DNA of 62,987 nucleotides, filler included, from Sluysia triapertura (GCA_046118255.1; 5 parts of 5 records of this genome joined end to end with filler, not necessarily neighbours in it); one strand, 5' to 3'; shown: positions 26,387 to 38,949, numbered from the whole stretch's first letter. Made by a program: numbers and translations. The notes: generated by a model not told the origin, from the sequence alone.

Positions 26387-29300
26387 ATACAAAGCAATTA
26401 CCAGCCCCTGGGAAGCGGAAAAGGATTGGAAATGATCAAGAATGCAAGCAGTCAAAACATCGTTTTCGCTGCTTCTGACAAGCCTCTTTCTGATGATACA
26501 TACTTGTCGTATCCAGATCTTCAGATGTTTCCCACATTAGCAGGAGCCGTTATAGTAAGCTACAATATACCCGGAGTCAGGAATCTCTCTATGCGAGGCG
26601 AGGTTTTGGCAAAGATATTCATGGGTCACGTTAATTACTGGAACGACCCATTGATAAAGCAGGATAACAAGCACGTGCAACTACCTGCAGAGCCCATTAT
26701 GGTGCTAGTTCGCGAGGACGACAGTGGCACGACCTACATCTTTTCAGGAGCACTAAGCGCATTTAGTGCCGACTTCTCTTCAAAATATGGAACATTTTCT
26801 TCGAGTTCCAAGTGGAATCAATCTATGATAAAGTACAAAGGCTACACTACGACTATAATTGCAGGCCTCAATCGAGCCGTGAAGTACTCAATTAGTTACT
26901 TGTCGCAGTCCGAAGTGACAATGTTTAACCTTACTGAGCTGGGTATCATCAACAAGTTCGGCAATGTGGTTTATTCAAGTCTCCAGACTATCCAGGCCGC
27001 CATGAACATTTCTTCGAAGAACTTCAATTCCAGATTCAACATCAACCTCATAAACTCGGACAATCCAATTGCATATCCCATGGCATCTTTTACGTACATA
27101 ATAATTTATTTGACCTCGTTCCCGAAGTGCGATCAAATGATTGAAATGTATCGCTTTATAGAATGGTTCATCAGTGACCCCGCCGCGGATCCCAGCGTAA
27201 TCAAGCACAACATGGTGCCTCTAAGTTCTCAAATAAAATCTTTGATCAAGTTCAATATTCTCGATAAAATGCGATGTCTTAAAAACTCCGAATCGCTATT
27301 TGTATATTTGCTAGTTGAAAAACAAAAAAAAGAAGAGATGTCCAAGGGACTTTCCACTGATTTGATACTGAAAATTATCATCCCCACAATATCCATTGCT
27401 TTTCTGCTAATGGGGATAAGTGGGTCCGTCATGTTCTATAAACAACGAAAAGATATTATCAACAATGTATGGAGAATCCCTTACGAGAAAATGGAATCGA
27501 ACATGTCTCAATCAAACATCATCAGAGTCACATCACACGTATCTGTGCATTCCAACAAAGACGAGAACATCTTGGATGCACTCTTGAAGACTTACAAAAG
27601 CCAAAGCGTCTTACTGAGCAACACTTACATCCGGAATGTGGGCAAGGTCCATCTGAGCTGGAAACATCGAGCAGATCTCATCAAGTTCAGAAGTTTTAGT
27701 CACGTCAATATAACAATGTTCTTCGGGATCACCATATACGACAACTTTTATTGGAATGTGTCAGAGAGTTGTGCCAAGGGCAGCTTATACATCATCTTGC
27801 ACAAATCTGGAGTCACCTTGGACGATTCGGTGAAGTTTTCATTGGCTATCGACTTAGCGAATGGCTTAGAGTATTTACATAAACAACAAGTGGTGCACGG
27901 ACACCTGTCGTCTCACTGTTGCTACTTGGACAAAAAGTGGAACGTGAAGGTCGGAGACTGGAATCTCAACTTGTTCTACGAAGCGACCAAAACGATAAAG
28001 CGCGGTCATGTGAAAGACGAAAGGCATGCAACATTCAAGAATAACGTAGGCGTAGAGCCAAGCACCTTTGACGGCACAGACTTGACAATGCACATTTTCG
28101 ACAGATATAGATTGTGGCAAGCGCCGGAGATCATATTGTTCGACAAATATCTAGAGTTGTCGGACACCACCAGCGATATTTACAGTTACGGAGTGATTCT
28201 AATTGAGATTTGGAACAGAGAAGCTCCATTCAGTGACGAAATCGGCGACAGCTTCAAGACAGAGCTACTGTACCACAACATTGCAACCCACAAACGACTC
28301 CCCGATATTAGAGATTCCATTCCAACTTCTGTTAAGAGTCTGGCTCAATCCTGCATCAACGTGAACCCACCTTTGCGACCTACTGCTTCGGCTGTTCGGA
28401 AGTTAATAAAGACTGCGAATCCGAGCAAAAAGAGCATGCTAGACTGCATGATTGATGCGCTCGATTCTTACATCGTAAATCTCGAAGAGATGGTGCAGGC
28501 TAGGACCCAAGAACTCAATGAATCTCAAGACAAGATGAAGGGATTGCTGTTACAGATGTTGCCCGCCTCCGTTGTGGAGAAGCTGGCTAACAAAGAGCCG
28601 GTCGTTCCTGATTCGTACGAAAGCGTGTCCCTGTACTTTTCTGATATCTGCGGATTCACGAAGAAGTCGTCTAGTTGCACCCCCATGCAGGTAGGACTCA
28701 ATGAAATATGACCATAGTATTTCATCACATTGCGGCAGGGTTTCCCACGTAAAAACCGAGATTAGGAAATAGTGATTGGTTGTTCATATTTTATTTACAC
28801 TGTAAATACATTCATTATATACGACTAAATTGTTTAATCTTTAGGCAGCTGCGGATCCATGGACTCAGCATTAACTCTTCTGTCCAGCTCGGCGAATCCA
28901 GTCAACCGGGCCGGGCTAGCGATCATGTACAAATTCCACATAGTTTCTGTGTTTTCCGTAACGTCGCGATTTTTGGTTCTGATTGGCAATGCTGTTATTT
29001 CTGACAGTGGAACTTGAGGCGGTTCTTTAGAAACCTGACGGCACATAATGCACGTTACCAGATCCTCCTCACCTTTCTTCTTCTTTTTTCTTTTATCGAC
29101 TTTTTTGCCCTTATTTTTTTTATTTGTTTCTGCAATAACTTTTATTTCTTTTGTCATAATTTTCATCTTTATATTGCTATTCATTCCCAAATAATCGCCG
29201 TACCCGCAATAAACGCAGAATTTAGTGCCACAGAAGCGACATCTGCGACTGTCAGCATATGTGAAACAAACTGCAGGATTCCAGACACACATTACATCAT

Positions 29301-30296
29301 AATTTAATCAATTTTATTTTTATTTTATAACAGCTTGATAATTTAAAATTAAAAATGTATTTGAAAGACCAATTCTTGAACAATTCAATCTAAATTTGAC
29401 TTTATGGTTCCCCCTTTATACATTATGTTTCATTCCTGAAAATAAATATGGAAAATAATTGTCTCGTGACATTAAAAATGTCTATTTTATAATTTAAAGA
29501 AAATAAAAGAAAAAACAAGATAATAATTCAATAAAGAACCAAGAAATATTCTCACTTTTTTAGAGGTTGTCAATTTCGGATTTGAAATTAAATGTGAAAG
29601 AATGCATTGAAGTGAGAAGACGTTCTTCGATATCTGAAGGAATTACATATTTCTAGTTAAGATGAAGATGCCATATTGCAAGAAATAAAGTGTTGCCAAT
29701 AAATTGCATTATTAGTTTTGTTGAGTTCATTGCACAGATTGAAGATAATGTATTTTGGAGCTCTCTATTCGGCTTCGATAATTTTTTCAAGGATGGAGAG
29801 TGTAGAGGCAGTAACGATGAATTTTATAGAAATATTTTTTAATATTTGTAGTTTAAACTTTATCAAAATTGTATAAAATTACAGTTCCTAGTAGCTACAT
29901 CAAAATTAGTTCATATTCACTAAATAAAATGTTTAATTGCTCTACTCAATTCAGGTTGTAAACATGCTCAACAAACTCTACTCTTTGTTTGACAGTATTT
30001 GCGAGAGGCTGGACGTGTACAAAGTGGAAACTATAGGTAAGTAGAAGTAGTATGATTCATTATTGCTCTCTTCTTTCACACACACCATCTATTTCAGGAG
30101 ATGCTTACTTTGTGACATCAGGACTGCCTATTCGAAATGGAACTCGCCATCTTACGGAAATAGCGGAGTTTGCCTTAGAAATACGTGAATCTGTAGGTCT
30201 GTATGAGATGCCTCACAATCGCGAGAAAATAGCTATTCGTATTGGCCTTCATACAGGTCCTGTAGTTGCTGGTGTCGTCGGAGTAAAAATGCCTCG
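26387..30296 (+). CDS. Receptor-type guanylyl cyclase with extracellular PstS-like (periplasmic phosphate-binding) domain; partial at both ends
   Basis: Exons 26387-28690, 29955-30036, 30098-30296 with GT-AG and consistent phase. PstS motifs [36 protein letters not shown]. One TM helix. Kinase-homology domain ([22 protein letters not shown]). Coiled coil [17 protein letters not shown]. Cyclase [39 protein letters not shown]. Confidence 0.93.
28834..29292 (-). CDS. Cys-rich small protein (putative zinc-binding, Lys-rich linker) nested antisense in the cyclase intron
   Basis: 152-aa ATG-to-stop ORF, GC-richer than flanking intron DNA. It has CRFC, CVYC and CIMC pairs and a [11 protein letters not shown] stretch, and lies entirely within intron 28691-29954. 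Confidence 0.65.
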   Translation of the reverse strand: MCVWNPAVCFTYADSRRCRFCGTKFCVYCGYGDYLGMNSNIKMKIMTKEIKVIAETNKKNKGKKVDKRKKKKKGEEDLVTCIMCRQVSKEPPQVPLSEITALPIRTKNRDVTENTETMWNLYMIASPARLTGFAELDRRVNAESMDPQLPKD

Positions 30297-31778
30297 GTTA
30301 GTAAAAGAGATAAAAAAGAAAACCGAATCAAAATAAATTGGGAACTTTATAAAATAAATTATGAAATTGTCAGATTTTGTTACTGTAAAATTAAAAATTT
30401 TAAAATTTTTAGAGTTTCCGAGACCTAGATAAATGTTTAAGATATTTGAGTGAAGTATTTGAAATATTTAAAATACTCATCAGATACAATCATTGTTACT
30501 AATATTATAAGATGAATTTGAATTGTTAAAAATTAACATAATGAAGTAGAAAAAGGATCTCTAGCGGTGAAGGTGAAATCATCTATTACCACTTTATTGC
30601 TTTATAAAGTGCTAAACAACTTAACACAACACAACTTAAAACCTTTAAGCATAAAGAAAGATTAAGTCTAAAAAAAGATTAATTAATTAAAATCTTAATT
30701 TTAATTTAATGAAGAACATTTATGTCTTTGTGAATAATGTTTGAATGCGAAATGATGTCAAAGTTGAGACTGTGCGTGCTTTCCTTAATATCTTCGATAA
30801 AAATGTGGAGTGGTGGCTCAGTTCAAGACATCAAATGTTACTACCGAAACATCACATTATAAACCTAGAACTCAAAACATGGGTAACAAAATTCCCAATC
30901 TAAATCACATATTCCTGGATCATTTAATAGTTATTTATGCATCCTGTATCTCACAACTTTTAGAATTACTTAGTTCTTAATATTGCGGGAGAATTTTCTT
31001 ATGCATATGTTAAAAGTCCGGGATGAAATGCGTAGTATTTTCTTTGAGGAGGGAAACAATGAAAATGGTTATAATTAACACTAATTGTTATGTAATGCGT
31101 AATTTTGATCAAAAAATTTTTTATTTTCACTGATTACTGCACAAATAAATGCGTAAAGTATACTAAACAACAAAGCATCTTCGAATTATCGATAGAAAAC
31201 AAAAAAGCGCTATCGCGCTGCGCCGGACTCAAACGGTTAATGCAGATGGTCTGCAGACTCAAACGAATTATATTTTCTACAAAATTAAATTTATATTGCA
31301 TCATAATTCATTAAATTCACGTCATATAATTATATAACATCATCTCACCAAATTCATAAACAGATACAGTAATTAAAATTCAAATACTAAGTAGAAGAAG
31401 AATCAGTAATGAAGCAAAGTCATGCTGCAACTTGCAGACGCCAAACAAATCTTTAATCATAATGATACGTTAAAAGATCATCAAATGGTTCTCCACACAT
31501 CGTGTACTTTGAACATTTATTATCTCAACTTTTACAATCAATAATTCACGTTATTCATTAAACCATTTAATAATAACGGTATTCGACAAATTTTCTAGAT
31601 CACTTACAGAATTAAAAATTTAATATTTCGCAGAACCTAATTCATTTTTCAGGAAGAAATAACAGAAAATATCCGCCTGTAGAATTTTCAGAAGGTCCCT
31701 GTTCCTGCAAGATTGTATGAATTATAGAACGAAAAATAAGTTATTTTTAATTAAAGATATGAGAATTACAATAACCTA

Positions 31779-31847
<69 letters not shown>
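31779..31847. repeat. Palindromic microsatellite (AAT)n(TTA)n
   Basis: About 12 AAT units abut about 10 TTA units, centre near 31816. Confidence 0.9.
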
Positions 31848-33880
31848 GAAAACTCATAACGAAACAATATTATGCAAAATCATTACGGTTTTGTATTGCC
31901 ATTGTTGTAAAGAGTAATTTATATATATTCTAGTTGTAATCTTGTGATAATATAAAGAATATATCGATATTTTGAATTATTTAGGTATTGAATTAAAATT
32001 TGATAATTTGGGAAAATAAAAGTATTAAAAGACACAACAGTTTCTAAGCCAATGAAATGCTAATTCGCCTCACCAGTGCCAAACCGTATTTTATTGGAGC
32101 AAATATACAAACTTGCTGACAAAACATTTACACGATGCCCTTAGTGATTATAATTAAAGCAGTGTTTGCTTATGAAGTGTTTCTTTATTAATGGTCGGTT
32201 GGTCTCTAAACATAGTGAATTAGAGGATGCTAAAGAATTTAGATTAAACGATCTATCACTCGATGAAATACCTCAGCTTAAAATATAAGTAGAATAGAAG
32301 TTTTAGTTGTCTTTAATCATGATATTCTAGTTGAACCTAATTTGAAAATATTAGATAAATTAATTGAGCTTAAAGAAGTTACCGAATAAATAATTTGATT
32401 AGACATTGTCACAGAATTGTTTTCGAAAGATATTAAAGGTAATAATTCAGTTTAAAGTTATAATTAGTATAAAAGGCTTAATTGGAACATGTCTTAGAGA
32501 ACAATACATTTTCGTCAGAGATCCAGACGTCTTCAAACTTGATGTCCAGACTTACTGTGGTACTACTCAGAGATCCAAATAAACTCGTAATCTTTTCAGA
32601 ATCTACATGATATTCTTAGTAAGTTTCTTACACATGATTTTTATCATTTTATTGGTAGCGCATTTATGATTTTATTGAGAAATTGGGGATTTTTGCTTTT
32701 TGAGAAGATCTTAGCTCCATTAATATTATTAAAATCATGCACCACGCACTTAGAAAGAATAATTTTACAAAAACTATAAATAAAATCAATAATAAGCTCA
32801 TGATATCAAAGAATATTCATATGATTTGTGTAAAAGAATGTTTAATTGTAAAACTCAAAATTGATTGGATGAGAAAGTATAAAAGAAGTACTTTTAAAAT
32901 TGTTAATACAGCAACAAAAAAGACAATTATGAAGAAAGTAATTTTTTATTTTATTATTATTTTAAGTTAAAAATTTTAATTATTTTATTTTGTTCATTGT
33001 AAATTCCTAGTTTTTGAAGATTTATTTTAATTCATTTCATATTTAGTTTGTGTTTAGTTGTAATTGTAGATTATTAGTGTTCTCTTAATTTCATTGTAAT
33101 TATGTGACTGTTGGTTATAATATTTATGTGGAATATTTGACTTTTATTCGTAATAATTAATATTTGGAGAGTTAATTTATATTCATTGTAATACTTGCTA
33201 AATTGTATTATTCGAATGTATTTGGGACTAAATCTAATTTTGTTTTTTAAGTTTTGAATTTAAATTTAATTTAAATTTATGCATTATCGTAACAATAAGT
33301 ATTGTTGCAATGATTGTTAAATTTTGATTTTATTATTTTGAATTAGATAGGAATTTGTTTGTCGCGAAACTCATTATTTTGCAGTAATTTCTGAGTGATA
33401 ATAATTTGGATACTCGACGGAAATGAATATTAAATATTAAAATGTGCCGCATTAAAACCGACTCTAGAAAATAAACATCTTCATTAAGCATTCAGATTAA
33501 TTATGACAAATTTCCAATTATCTAAATACTATGTAAACAATCTCATTTTTGTTATGAAATGACAAACAGCATTGCTGCAATATTTCGATTCAATTTTATA
33601 TTTATTTAGCATTTGACTAATTTTATTTTTGATTAATTTTTTGGTTTGGTGTTTAAATTTATTTGTAATTTGGGTACTAACATTTATATATAATGCATTA
33701 TATTTGTATTATATTTTAGTAATTTTTATTGATTTATTGATTTGTAATTGAATGATTATTGATTGTACATTGAGTTATAACTGATTTCGATATTGTGATA
33801 AAGTTAAATATTCTTAGATTAGACTTGTTTAATTTTGTTGTAGAATCGTATTCATTAATTTAATATTAATAATAATAAAA

Positions 33881-34041
33881 TGTTAGTCCTCAATAAATGG
33901 ACTGACCGGGTTTCAAACCGGGACCTCTCTCTTCACAAATTTGCAGTTCGATGCTCTGATCACTGAACTATTAGCTTTGTCTAACAATTTTATTTTATAC
34001 TGTCATTGTTCTAAGTGGCACTTTAGGCCTCTACTTCAACA
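33881..34041 (-). repeat. tRNA-containing mini-element, copy 3
   Basis: tgttag..aaatggactgaccggg..gggacct..gcagttcgatgctc..aacaattt..tggcactttaggcct..caaca aligns with copies 1 and 2. Confidence 0.75.
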
Positions 34042-35076
34042 ATAATAGAATAATAATAATAATATAGTTTGTTCATTATGTCCTTATTTAAATATTTAAA
34101 AATAATCAGGTAATGTTTCTTTAATCACACTCATTCTTCAGTCCGAACAATCTGTACGAGTGGAACTGAAATTAGTCTACATTTATTTGACAAGCAAATT
34201 TGTCTTTCGCATTACCAAAATAATTTTTATTTAGTAATCATGTTTCAGTTAATGGCTATTTCTACTTTTAAACATATCCATTCGATAAGTCAACAAATCT
34301 TTCCGTCAATACGTTGAAATAGTTTTTATCCTCAAATATTTTAATTTGTACACTTATGTTAAAATTGCATGTATTTGAACTTTTTCTGTTAAAGTTTTCT
34401 TGATCAATAATTTCCCCCATTTTATTAGAATTATGAATTGTCTTCACGAACCGTCAGTCGGCATAGTTTATGGTCTATGTTAGGATGGTATCTGATCCTC
34501 TTCGATCCATAGACTTTCGTTCTTGATCAGTGAAAACATACTTGGCAAATACTTTCGCAGTTGTTGGTCTACTAGAAATCTTTCTTCTTTCAGTGTACGT
34601 AAGCCCATGACTGTTTCTTTTATCATTACTTCAGTTCCGAATACCAACAAAATAGAATCAAAGTCCTATTCCATTATTGCATGCAACGTTATAAATCTAC
34701 TTTAAGCACTCTAATATTTTCACCAGTACATATCCGTGAAAGACATATACAGTGTACACAATTGGTAACGCTGCAACTGCTGGAGAGGTCCCAAAAATGA
34801 ACATCCCACAGAAACTCACCCTAAATTCGACTACGAGCTTTATAACTGCAACAACTTTAATATACGCTTTTGGAGCTTCTGGCACCAGACTTGTCCTCAA
34901 TAAGGTGTTTACACTGTCCTCATTTCAATTATGATACTCATAGAGTTCATATTGCTATTTATCTTCACAACCTCGCNNNNNNNNNNNNNNNNNNNNNNNN
35001 NNNNNNNNNNNNNNNNNNNNTTAATTAATTAANNNNNNNNNNNNNNNNNNNNNNNNNNNNNNNNNNNNNNNNNNNN

Positions 35077-35236
35077 GATGAATTCCGATGTTGCGTACAA
35101 GATTAGTAAAGCAGGTAATCAGATAGATGTTAAGCAGTATCTGGACAGTGCGATGAATTCCGATGTTGCGTGCAGAATTAGTAAAGCAGGTAATCAGATA
35201 GATGTTAAGCGAGATCTGGACAATGCGACAAATTCC
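35077..35236 (+). repeat. 75-bp (25-aa) coding tandem repeat abutting a gap
   Basis: MNSDVAYKISKAGNQIDVKQYLDSA / MNSDVACRISKAGNQIDVKRDLDNA. Confidence 0.9.
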
Positions 35237-35739
35237 CAAGATGATGATTGTGTCACGTCGATGCATTTGCTCAGTCCATGTTTGGTGCGGGCGCCACATG
35301 GCCATTTTGGAGTTGAGAATCAAGAAAAGACATACAGTTCCAGAAACAGAATTTCAACCAATATGAAGATGATGCAATTACGGACACCTACCAAGACCAT
35401 TAGTCCCAATGATGCTTCAGTAAATTATTCCAAATATCACCATGATACGTTTCATCTGAATGCTAATGTGAGAAGTGCACTAGAACCAGCAAAGCAGAAA
35501 TTATTTAGATTAGCCATCAAGTCACTCGTCGTTTATAAAAGTAATGAATTTTATTCACTATACATATTTATAAATAATTACATTATTATTTATCATTATA
35601 ATTACAGGTTTTTGAATAATGAACCACTAGACGCGAGAAAGGAGAACCTAACGAAAGACGGCTATAACTACATTTTAAAATTTTTAGATTTTGTAAATAT
35701 AAAATCCAGTTTTCACATTTTGTATTTTGTTATTCGTGT

Positions 35740-36169
35740 AGGAGAAAAAAATAACGAAAGATCTTATAAATTAATTGTTGAATTGTTTTCATTTAATAAA
35801 AACCTTATATTTACAATGGAACGTACAAAATCTTTAATCGGTTATTCCGATTCAGACCCAAATCGTGTATTTGATTTAATACTCGACATAATGGAACTGC
35901 GCCTAGAATATTCGCAGAAAATCTTTGATTTATTTGATTATCTTAAAGCTGATAAACAAGGTACATGCGACTTAATTGAACGTATACCAATTTTAGGTTT
36001 CCCACCTGAACCTATTTATAAGTTAATCATTATTTTCATTAAGAATAGAATAATAAAACTTAATAACATCTGTAAATATTTACTGTCAAGTGATCAAGAG
36101 GTTGAGAAAAATCACAATAGTATTTTAATACAATTTAAAGCCCTCACTACAAGCTTGGCCTTATTATAA
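35740..36169 (+). pseudogene. THOC2: THO complex subunit 2 N-terminal fragment, truncated
   Basis: KLIVELF..TKSLIGYSDSDPNRVFDLILDIME..ILGF..IYKL..L..YL matches the THOC2 signature KSLIGxFxLDPNRVLDxIL. It stops after about 140 aa, whereas THOC2 is far longer. Confidence 0.75.
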
Positions 36170-37799
36170 TTTATTTATTCATGAGCATTCATTTCTATTT
36201 GCTTGCGTTTGTTAGTATCCATCCTAATAAAAACATGTTTTTCATTCCATTTAATGAGCAACCTCGTTTATTTACTAATATGTTTTCAATATGTCACTTG
36301 TTTTAAATTAAGGTTTGAGTCTCTTAAACCGATTTTGAGTACACCATGAACGTTAAAACTTTTAAGCTGTTTCATTTGAAATTTAGTTTGATTTATTTTA
36401 AATTATAAATTATTTTTCTCAAACTATAATAACAATATATAAATTTTTATATAATCCCTTTTTGAAAATGAGTAGCCTCAAAGCTTTTTATAATAATTTA
36501 ATCACTCATAAAATCCAATTGTACAGTTAAATACATAACTATAGCAGGATCATCAAAAGAAACAAGATAATTCGATTAAAAATACCAGAAATAAGTAATA
36601 AGTAGTATTTACCATTAAATAACTTCTTTTAATTATAAATATATTCAGATTATTAAATGAACAAAATTTAGATAATTATTAGAGTAATTAGAGTTTTACA
36701 GACTCAGCTATAGGTCAGTAATTAGCGATATGATAATTAGAACTTTAACATATAAGCAAAGTAACACAACATGTAGTTAACTTCGTTTGGGGGATTACTA
36801 AAAATTCATCATTGTATTTGAATAGGCAATTCAACATCAACAATAAAATAACCAATCAATTTTTATTGACATACTCAGCATCATTTAAGTAATTATTATA
36901 GCGTTATTTTTGAAAATATTTAAATAGCTTTTTTAAAATATTATTTAAACAAAATTTTAAAAAATGTTATAATTTTAATATATATACAAATAATATGGAA
37001 CTAAATTTTTAAAAATGGCATTTTTTAAAAGCAATATAAATAATTTAGCATTGTAAACGTTCCGTTTTTTTTAATTTATATCTCATGGGATATATTTATG
37101 CATAATATGAGCGAATTAAACACAATTTGAATGATTATTGAATTGTATTAAGTATGTCAGTTTTAGTTGTACGCAGTTTGTACATTAATAATATTAGCAG
37201 TGTTTGTTCTATTAAATCGATGACCAGTAATCGAAGTATTTTCATGATGGTTTTATCGATATTGTTCATTCAAAAATAATGATTTAAAATTTGTCATTAT
37301 ACAACATAGAATTGTTTATTAATATTATTTTCTAATTGTATTACACATTAAATGAGTGGTTCTAATTTTAAAAAAGTTAAAGAAACATTTAAGAAATTAA
37401 CCAAAGAATATTTAGAAGAAGAAAGCACTTCGAAATTAAATGAAGGTGAAAATAAAGTTGGTTAGTCATTTTTTTGTAATTGTAGCTTTGTAATCTCGAT
37501 TTTTAAAACTTATTTACTTTATTTCATTTGATGCTTTTTTGTTTCAAAAATAAAATTTAAAAAATTTTGACTAAATTTTAAATTTTAAAAATTTTAGGTG
37601 TACCATAATTTAAATGAGTTTCCAAAGTGGGTACAAGCTTAGATGTATAAGAACCAACATGCAATTGATTATAAATCGGCAACTTAATTTAATAATATTA
37701 AATAATAATATTAATATTATTAATAATATTAATATTAATAATATTAATTTATATTGCACTCATACCTACTGCAAAATAAGTAATCACAAACGTTTAAAA

Positions 37800-38250
37800 T
37801 AAACCATTCACTAAAGCAGAAAGAACTTTGATTTTTTCTTAACTATTTCATAATCTTCCAGCAATTTGTCATTCTCTGGTAGCTGGTGGTATATTTTTGA
37901 AACATATAACCTATCACCTGTGGATTCTGTATAAATTATTGTCTCGATGAAATATTCATCTTTAGTTTCCAAATTTTTTATTATTTTTTAGAGATATTCA
38001 GGACTTCCTTAATGTAAGTATTTATAAATTATTGCCATTATTTTGAATTCTATTCTTGCTTTTATTGGTACCAATGTAAATTCTTAAGATAAGGTGTTAC
38101 ACGAGATCTTCTAACTTGGAGAATTAGTCTTGCTGCTTGATTAATTATTAATTGTAATTTTTTCACTTCTCTATATGAAAGTGAGTGCAATATACCATTG
38201 TAAAAATTTATTTTATTATCAATGAATGAACAATAAGTTTAGCTGTTTCT
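37800..38250 (-). mobile_element. L2/CR1-like LINE ORF2 C-terminal remnant
   Basis: Broken minus-strand reading QLIINQAARLILQVRRSRVTP..LHW..PIKARIEFKIMAIIYKYLH*GSPEYL. Confidence 0.8.
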
Positions 38251-38760
38251 TTATTATTAAATTTTCGAATATTTGATATTTTCTTTAAATTTACACTTTT
38301 TAACAATACAATTAATATTTTCTTCTATGTTCATTTCGTACTTTTAGTATCTTACGACCTAAAATTAACTTTGTTTCATTTACATTTATCTAATGAAGTT
38401 AATTAATAAATTAACAAAACAAAAACGTTGATGAAAAATATTCGTTTTAAAGCAATTTTATGTAAAGTTATATTTATGTAATCATGTCTATACGAAATAA
38501 GTATTTTTTAACAAAATATCATTACCATGCAACGCATTATGTTAAACGTTATTAAAAACGTTATTTTATTGTACCAAGTTTATATCTAAATTTAAAATTA
38601 TTTGTAAATGTACTTAATTTAAAATATTACAAATTTTTTCATAAAGTTTAATATTTTAAATAAATATTTTACATTAAACATTGATTAGTCTCAAATGAAA
38701 TTATTTTAAGCATTAAAATATAAGAAATTAGTATAGCTCTAATAATTGAAGTATTATTAA

Positions 38761-38942
38761 CTCGTTCGCTACTAGCCGGCACATATATGTGCCAGTTATT
38801 TTTTGCTAATTTAAGTAGGCATGTTAGGTTCTGTTGTTTTTTATATATAAGTAATTTCTATTTCAATTAGTGTTGTATTATCCCCAAAAAGGTTCTGGTC
38901 TGTGGGGTAGGTTTTTCAAAATATACCCTGGTAGCGAACGAG
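38761..38942. mobile_element. piggyBac-type MITE with TTAA target duplication
   Basis: TTAA|CTCGTTCGCTAC ... GTAGCGAACGAG|TTAA: perfect 12-bp TIR, with internal palindrome GGCACATATATGTGCC. Confidence 0.9.
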
Positions 38943-38949
38943 TTAATTT

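Noticed and set aside
26426-28711. Bacterial contaminant pstS gene or stand-alone 761-aa ORF
   Set aside because: It has spliceosomal introns and an animal pseudokinase-cyclase module. The ORF-track start and end are exon-boundary artefacts.
30297-34976. Final cyclase exon (YCLFGDTVN..SRMES) and, upstream of 26387, the GAGAxFP exon
   Set aside because: Searched by eye and not found; probably in gaps or outside the window. Their absence is not taken as evidence of pseudogenisation.
34440-34976. GC-richer segment before the gap with short ORFs on both strands
   Set aside because: No assignable motif in any frame.
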